Positions 32,490-37,529 of a stretch of 37,529 bases of DNA are shown one piece after another. Both the position numbers and the translations under genes were made by a program. The DNA lies in assembly GCA_964540015.1 (NCBI GenBank), contig CAZIKW010000004.1, positions 629 to 38,157 of the forward strand, written 5' to 3'. How positions within the stretch are numbered: position 1 is the first letter of the stretch; each line of letters begins with the position of its first letter. This DNA is from an uncultured Methanosarcinales archaeon (lineage in GTDB: Archaea > Nanobdellota > Nanobdellia > Woesearchaeales > UBA525). The notes under the pieces were generated by a model that searched no databases, had not been told where the DNA came from, and saw only the letters and a program-made list of their open reading frames with translations.

Positions 32490-32825
32490 ATGAAACGGCT
32501 CTTCGTTCCTTTGACCACGCTCGCGTTCGAGGATTTCCGCGATAACGGAAAAGAGGTTGAGGTGCGGCGTTGCGATCGGCAGTACACACAGAAGCATATC
32601 GTTCCCGGTCGTGAGGTCGAATTGCGCAAGGGATATTCAGGTGATTCCTTGTGGGGAACGATCGTCGACTCCCATGTTGGGACGCTTGAAGAGGCGATTG
32701 GCGCTTATGCATTGCGTATCGTGGAACCGTGCCTTGCGAATATCGAAGAGGCGATTCGTGATAATCGTAAACTTCTCGGAAACGCAGATTCCTACATTGC
32801 GTTTCGTATAGCGCTCAAGAAATAA
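32490..32825 (+). CDS. ASCH/PUA-like small protein (tentative)
   Basis: The FEDFRDNGKEVEVRRCDRQYTQKHIVPGREVEL segment resembles the ASCH pattern (G.K..E.R.....I..GD.I.L). Confidence 0.45.
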   Translation: MKRLFVPLTTLAFEDFRDNGKEVEVRRCDRQYTQKHIVPGREVELRKGYSGDSLWGTIVDSHVGTLEEAIGAYALRIVEPCLANIEEAIRDNRKLLGNADSYIAFRIALKK

Positions 32826-32828
32826 ATT

Positions 32829-33662
32829 CTATTCCACATCGACAAAGAAACGCGTCACGACGAGTTTTCCATCGTGCTTGACTTGGGGGTAGATGACGTA
32901 GTGCCCAGGCGGGAGATAGGGGGTGACCGAGAACATGCCGCTGCCGAAATCCGAGTGCTCATGGTACGCTGCAGAGAGGTCCGTGCGCACGATCGCGAGA
33001 TGCGCGTACGCGCCCAGGTACTGCTCCGGCTCCAGGAGTTCACCGTGGAAGCGCGCGGAGAATCGGATGGCTCCGTCGGGGTTACGGAAGAGATCTATTG
33101 CATAGTCATCATCGCAATCCGCTTTGAGGTCGGAGAGAGAAATGAAACCAGGCAACGTATCGTTGGGACTGAGCGGTGTTCCGCGCACGCACGTGATATT
33201 CTCGATCGAGGTTTCCTGCACATCACCCGTGACGGTCACATGAGGACGAGCAGCGATCGCACCGTCTTTGTCCATACCATCGAGAAGGAGGATATACTCT
33301 CCTGCGGCAGGAAAGGCCAGTGGTACTTGGAAATGCTGCGCGCTCTGCAAGGTACCGAAATCCTCAGGGTGCAGGTGCGCAAACGCGTCGAACGCATTTC
33401 CTACCGCAACGATATGCAGCACACGTTCATGATGCGTAAGGAGCGGAGAGGAGGACAGGATGTGGAGCGTCGCTTCTTCTCCGACGTGTGGCACTGCAGG
33501 CTCGATGATAGCATCGATCGTGGCATTCGACGGGTTTCCCGTGTGACTTGCGTGTTCGTCCTCAACAACCGTGTGATTGTCATCCGGCGCGTGTGGATGC
33601 GGTACGCAAGCGGAAAGAAAGAGGCACATGATGAGCAATAATGAAACGAACGCGCGATTCAT
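32829..33662 (-). CDS. His-rich lipoprotein with an internal domain duplication
   Basis: The lipobox is LFLSAC. Two related halves are present (HIVAVGNAFDAFAHLHPEDFG...AAGEYILL versus HLAIVRTDLSAAYHEHSDFG...PPGHYVIY). The ATG overlaps the smc stop as ATGA. Confidence 0.6.
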   Translation of the reverse strand: MNRAFVSLLLIMCLFLSACVPHPHAPDDNHTVVEDEHASHTGNPSNATIDAIIEPAVPHVGEEATLHILSSSPLLTHHERVLHIVAVGNAFDAFAHLHPEDFGTLQSAQHFQVPLAFPAAGEYILLLDGMDKDGAIAARPHVTVTGDVQETSIENITCVRGTPLSPNDTLPGFISLSDLKADCDDDYAIDLFRNPDGAIRFSARFHGELLEPEQYLGAYAHLAIVRTDLSAAYHEHSDFGSGMFSVTPYLPPGHYVIYPQVKHDGKLVVTRFFVDVE

Positions 33663-36600
33663 ACTTTCAGGCTCGTCACTTTCGTGACGCCGTGCTCGTT
33701 CATCGAGACGCCGTAGAGAGTATCTGCTTCGCTGATGACCGCATCATTGTGCGAGATGACGACGTACTGCGCGTTCTTGCAGTATGCGCGCACGAGTTTG
33801 GCGAGCTTCTCGCTATTGTGCTTATCGAGGGCCGCATCGACCTCATCGAGCACGTAGAAGTGCGCAGGTTCGTGCTCCTGGACCGCGAAGAGGAATGCGA
33901 GCGCAGTCATCGTCTTCTCGCCGCCCGAGAGCGAACGGATATCCATGAACTTCTTACCTGACAATCGCACCTTGATCGCGACGCCCGTCTCAAAGAGGTT
34001 CTGCTCGTCTTCAAGCTCCAACGACGCCTCACCTTTCGCGGAAAGCGACGTGAAGATGCGGATGAAGTTCTGGTTGAGGACATCGAATGTCGCCATGAAG
34101 ATCTCCTTCTTGCGGCTATCGATCTCGTTGATCATAAGCAGCACATCCTGGCGCTCAAGCGCGAGACGCTCCTTCTTCTGCACGAGATCGGCGTATTCGC
34201 GCTCGACCGTCTCGTACATCTCAAGCGCACGCATGTTGACTGCGCCGATGTCGGCGAGCAGGCGTTCGAACTGGCGGATCTCGACGAGGCAGTCCTCCTC
34301 TTTCTTGTCCGTGAACGCTTCGACGTCGCCAAGCTGCCGGCTCTCCTCTTCGTAGCCCGCGAACTCCGCCCGGATACGAGCGAGTTCCATGCCGGCGCCT
34401 GCGTTCTTGCCCTCAAGCTCGCGCACGCGTAACGATGCGACACCGATGCGCTTCTCGAGGTCATCTGCGTGGCGGGCAGCAGTTTCGCGCTTCTTGAAGA
34501 GATCCTTGAACTGCGCGAGGAACTTCTTCTCCTGCTCTTCTTTGACCGCGAGCTCGCGCTCGACGGCCGTGATCTTGCCCATCGCATCCTGGCGCTCTTT
34601 CGTGAAGTCGTTGATTTCCTTCTCCTGGCCCTTGAGGATCTGCTTCGTGCGCTCGGCTTCGGGACCGAGCACGCTCTGCACCTGCGCGGCGTTCGCCTTG
34701 CGCGTCGCCTCGAGCTCCGTGATATGCGCAACGGAGCTCGTGCGTTTCTCCTCGAAACTGGCGAGCTGCGCCAATACTGCCGGGCTACGCAGGTGCGTGA
34801 TCTCGTCGCGCAATTGCTGTTTTCGAGTCTTGAGCATCGCAAGCTCGCGGTTCGCGTCGCTTGAGCGCGAGATGATATCGTCGAGCTTCTGCTCAAGCTC
34901 GCGTGATTCCTCCTGCATGCGTTTCTTCTCGCCCTTGTTCATATCCGTGTCATCGCCGTCGAGGTGCAGGGTTTTCTCGAGCGCCGCGATCTCGCCTTCG
35001 AGCTCCGCCTTACGCGCGCGCAGGCGCTCGATAGCCCCTTCCGTATCGCGACGTTTTTGCTCGACGCGGCTCAAGACCGATTCCTGGTCCGCGAGCTCGC
35101 TTTCGAGCTTGCTGATACGCTCTGTCACTTCCTTCTGCTGGAAGCCGCCAGAGCGGCGTTTTTCGCGGAAACCACCCTGCATCGCACCAGATCCTTCGAC
35201 GAGGTCTCCTGAGAGCGTGACCATGCGCGCGGTGCCGATACCGAGCTTTCGTGCGACCTCAAGCGATTCAACGATGAGCGTGTTGCCCAAAACGAAACGG
35301 AACGCAGTCTCGTAGCGTGCGTCGTACTCGACGAGCTCGACCGCGAGGCCGACGACGCCGGGCTTGCCGACGAGCGCTTTGACTTTCTGATCAGGCTCTG
35401 GCGCCTTGAGTCGGTTGAGCGGCAAGAAGGTCGCGACGCCGTGCTGGCCCGCGCGCAGGAACTCGATGCATTCAGATGCGGTCTTATCATCCTCGACGAC
35501 GATGCCCGTGATGCGACCGCCTGCCGCTATCTCGACTGCGAGCTGGTGCTCCTGCTTGACGCTGCCGAGTTCAGCGACGGTGCCGATGATGCCGCGCAGG
35601 CGCTTCTTTTCGGCAAGGACTTTCGTGATCGCCGCGCCGCCCGCTGCGCCTTCCTTCAAGGCCGCGTTCTGCGCTTGGAGCTTCGCGAGCTGTTCGCTGA
35701 TGCGGCTCACGTTCTGTCGTGCGTTTTGGATCTGGCCTGCGAACGTCGCATCTTCGCTGAGCGCTGATGCGAGCTCCTTCGTCGCTTGTTTGAAGGAATC
35801 GCGCTTCTTCGCAAGGTCATCGAGTTGTGCTTTGCTCTCTTTTTGCGCTTCAAGCACTTTCGCCATTTTCTCGTCGGCCTGCTCGATGCGGATATCCAGG
35901 CGGTCCTTCTCGCGTAAGAGTTCCTGACGTTGACCGACAATGGCGTTGAGTTCGATCTGGAGCTTCTCCGCTTTCTGGTCTATCTCCGCCATCTGATCGT
36001 CGAGGCGGTTCGCGTCCGTCATGGAATGCTTCTTCTTGAACTCGGCGATCCTGGCATCGAGGATTTTCAGCTCCTCGTTCGCGGCCTCGATATCCTTGCG
36101 AACGCGGACGTTATCCTCCTCGATGTATTTGATCTTATTGAAGAGCTCCTCGTTGTCTTTGAGGAGCTGCGATCGTCGTTGCGTGACCTTCTCGATCTCG
36201 GCCGCGAGGAATTCGACGCGGCCTTGCTTCACCGCACGCTCGACTTTGAGGGCTTCGACTTCCTTGTGCAGCTGCACCTGTTCTTTCTCTCCCTTGCGCT
36301 CGATCTCGTCGTTGACGGATTTGATCTCCGCTTTCGCGAGCCTGATGCCTTCCTGATGCTCTTCGACTTCTCCCGTGAGTTTTGCAATCTCCTCTTGGTT
36401 CTTTCCGGCCGCCGTTTCGAACTTCTCGCGCTCTTTCGCGTTGCGCGCCATCTTGTTTTGCAAGACAGTTTTCTTGTTTCTTTTGAGATTGGTCTGGAGA
36501 TCGCGGAACTTCATCGCTTGATCGCGTTCGGATTTGAGTTCCTTGAGGTACGTTTCCCGCTCCGTGAGGATGATCTGGGTCTCGTTCAGTTTTTGGTCGA

Positions 36601-37165
36601 CGCGTTCGAGCTCTCGAAGGGCTTTCTCCTTCTTCTCCTCGTACACGCCGATGCCCGCGATCTCTTCGATGAGCTGGCGTCGCTCGATACCGGACATCTC
36701 GATTAAGTGAATGATATCGCCCTGCAGGATGATATTGTGGCCGTCAGGATTGATACGGGCTTTCTCTAAGGTGTCGACGACTTCTTGGCGAGTCTTCTTC
36801 TTGCCGCCGATGAGGTAATCGCTTGATGCGCCTTCTTTCGTCTCCTTGATGACGCGCGTGATGACGAGTTCAGGGCCGATTTCCTCGCCGAACTCCTTGT
36901 TGGTGTTATCGAAGACGATGCTCACTTCCGCCTCTTTCGCGGGCTGTTTGGTTTTTCCACCGTTGTAGATGAGGTTGGCTGTTTTTTCCGCGCGCAAACC
37001 TTTTGCACCCGACTTGCCTAAGACGAAGACTAAGGCGTCGAGGACGTTGGACTTGCCGGAACCGTTTGGGCCGAGAATCGTGTTATATTTCTCCCCGAAG
37101 AGGATCTCCGTCTTATTCGCGAAGGACTTGAAGCCCTTCATCTCCATGCGTAAGATACGTGTCAA
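33659..37165 (-). CDS. smc: Chromosome segregation protein SMC
   Basis: Present are the Walker A motif GPNGSGKSN, long coiled coils, a hinge, the LSGGEKT signature and the YVLDEVDAALD Walker B motif. Length is 1168 aa. Confidence 0.95.
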   Translation of the reverse strand: MTRILRMEMKGFKSFANKTEILFGEKYNTILGPNGSGKSNVLDALVFVLGKSGAKGLRAEKTANLIYNGGKTKQPAKEAEVSIVFDNTNKEFGEEIGPELVITRVIKETKEGASSDYLIGGKKKTRQEVVDTLEKARINPDGHNIILQGDIIHLIEMSGIERRQLIEEIAGIGVYEEKKEKALRELERVDQKLNETQIILTERETYLKELKSERDQAMKFRDLQTNLKRNKKTVLQNKMARNAKEREKFETAAGKNQEEIAKLTGEVEEHQEGIRLAKAEIKSVNDEIERKGEKEQVQLHKEVEALKVERAVKQGRVEFLAAEIEKVTQRRSQLLKDNEELFNKIKYIEEDNVRVRKDIEAANEELKILDARIAEFKKKHSMTDANRLDDQMAEIDQKAEKLQIELNAIVGQRQELLREKDRLDIRIEQADEKMAKVLEAQKESKAQLDDLAKKRDSFKQATKELASALSEDATFAGQIQNARQNVSRISEQLAKLQAQNAALKEGAAGGAAITKVLAEKKRLRGIIGTVAELGSVKQEHQLAVEIAAGGRITGIVVEDDKTASECIEFLRAGQHGVATFLPLNRLKAPEPDQKVKALVGKPGVVGLAVELVEYDARYETAFRFVLGNTLIVESLEVARKLGIGTARMVTLSGDLVEGSGAMQGGFREKRRSGGFQQKEVTERISKLESELADQESVLSRVEQKRRDTEGAIERLRARKAELEGEIAALEKTLHLDGDDTDMNKGEKKRMQEESRELEQKLDDIISRSSDANRELAMLKTRKQQLRDEITHLRSPAVLAQLASFEEKRTSSVAHITELEATRKANAAQVQSVLGPEAERTKQILKGQEKEINDFTKERQDAMGKITAVERELAVKEEQEKKFLAQFKDLFKKRETAARHADDLEKRIGVASLRVRELEGKNAGAGMELARIRAEFAGYEEESRQLGDVEAFTDKKEEDCLVEIRQFERLLADIGAVNMRALEMYETVEREYADLVQKKERLALERQDVLLMINEIDSRKKEIFMATFDVLNQNFIRIFTSLSAKGEASLELEDEQNLFETGVAIKVRLSGKKFMDIRSLSGGEKTMTALAFLFAVQEHEPAHFYVLDEVDAALDKHNSEKLAKLVRAYCKNAQYVVISHNDAVISEADTLYGVSMNEHGVTKVTSLKV

Positions 37166-37275
37166 ACCGAGGCCACCACGAGGATACTATCAAGTACGCC
37201 GGCACCGAGACGCTATTTAAAGCTTACGGGGAGGCTCCGACGGGGTGTAGACGGAAAGGGCTTGGAAATGAGTTT

Positions 37276-37320
37276 ATTAACTCCTTTAAAGTAGTAAATA
37301 ATACGAAGGTATTTAAATAC
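37276..37320 (+). promoter_or_regulatory. Promoter/operator module (imperfect palindrome ACTCCTTTAAAGTAGT plus TATA ATTTAAATAC) upstream of the 37339 ORF
   Basis: This is the second copy of the module seen at 27541-27586. The TATA box ends 18 nt from the ATG. Confidence 0.5.
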
Positions 37321-37338
37321 GATTGTCTCCACACACCA

Positions 37339-37529
37339 ATGCTTGAGCGGCTCATCCAGCCTTCGCGTTCACAAGACACCCGTACGTCTGAAGCGACCCG
37401 TGTGGCGTCGAGTATCGCACCCGAAACCGCGACTGGCAAGACGTACACCGTCGATGAATTCCGTCACCTCTTAGGTAAAATCGACGCTCGTCGCGCGTAT
37501 CGTGAACAACTGGAGACCAAGGAGATACC
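37339..37529 (+). CDS. Hypothetical protein, N-terminal fragment (runs off the window)
   Basis: The ATG at 37339 opens MLERLIQPSRSQDTRTSEATRVASSIAPETATGKTYTVDEFRHLLGKIDARRAY..., which stays open to the window end. It sits at leaderless distance from the TATA box. Confidence 0.35.
   Translation, partial: MLERLIQPSRSQDTRTSEATRVASSIAPETATGKTYTVDEFRHLLGKIDARRAYREQLETKEI

Noticed and set aside
33945-36706. Multiple long ORFs antisense to, or out of frame with, smc (33945-34355, 34132-34896, 34389-35315, 35406-35927, 35930-36706)
   Set aside because: They have Ser/Arg/Leu-rich low-complexity translations, and all are nested in the well-supported SMC frame. This is a compositional artefact of coiled-coil codons.
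1-37529. CRISPR arrays, tRNA or rRNA genes, IS elements or integrases, a reverse transcriptase or DGR associated with the Cys-rich surface proteins
   Set aside because: I saw no regularly spaced direct repeats. No T-loop-like GGTTCGAAT motif occurs in any intergenic region. I recognised no transposase, integrase or RT motif in any frame. The only tandem repeat is the in-frame protein repeat at 16335-16622. This was done by eye, so short or degenerate elements could have been missed.

Overview
This is a compact, gene-dense archaeal chromosomal segment of about 40 CDSs. I recognised no rRNA, tRNA, CRISPR array, transposase or integrase by eye.

Archaeal identity rests on motif-level recognition of these genes:
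- GatE (4013-5875) and GatD (12979-14277)
- a CDC48/VCP double AAA ATPase (7784-10078)
- the KEOPS kinase Bud32 (22149-22745)
- RNase P protein Rpr2/RPP21 (23138-23434)
- a Nip7-like PUA protein (24925-25416)
- diphthine-ammonia ligase Dph6 (25472-26155)
- SMC (33659-37165)

Most genes have a TATA-like box (TTTAAA/TATTTAAG/ATAAAT) about 20-25 nt upstream of the start codon, which suggests mainly leaderless transcripts. Several gene pairs overlap as ATGA.

The accessory content is the interesting part:
1. A same-strand run of exported enzymes at 16116-22148. It comprises a Cys-rich repeat surface protein, a two-HKD phospholipase-D-family protein, a signal-peptide protein with clear GH23/SLT lytic-transglycosylase motifs, and a membrane-anchored Lon-type S16 protease. 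A murein-cleaving enzyme makes no sense against an archaeal wall. I read this as a candidate bacteria-directed (host, prey or competitor) cell-envelope attack locus.
2. A bacterial-style phosphoketolase-acetate kinase operon (27689-31199).
3. A roughly 45-nt promoter/operator module that is nearly identical upstream of two otherwise unrelated genes (27541-27586 and 37276-37320).
4. Operator-like inverted repeats between the TATA box and the ATG of two TrmB-family regulators.
5. A candidate structured small RNA in the largest intergenic gap (about 20257-20353).
6. A translationally coupled trio of small ORFs ending in a Cys-rich peptide (395-1253).

All functional calls come from motif recognition by eye. 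No database search was run.
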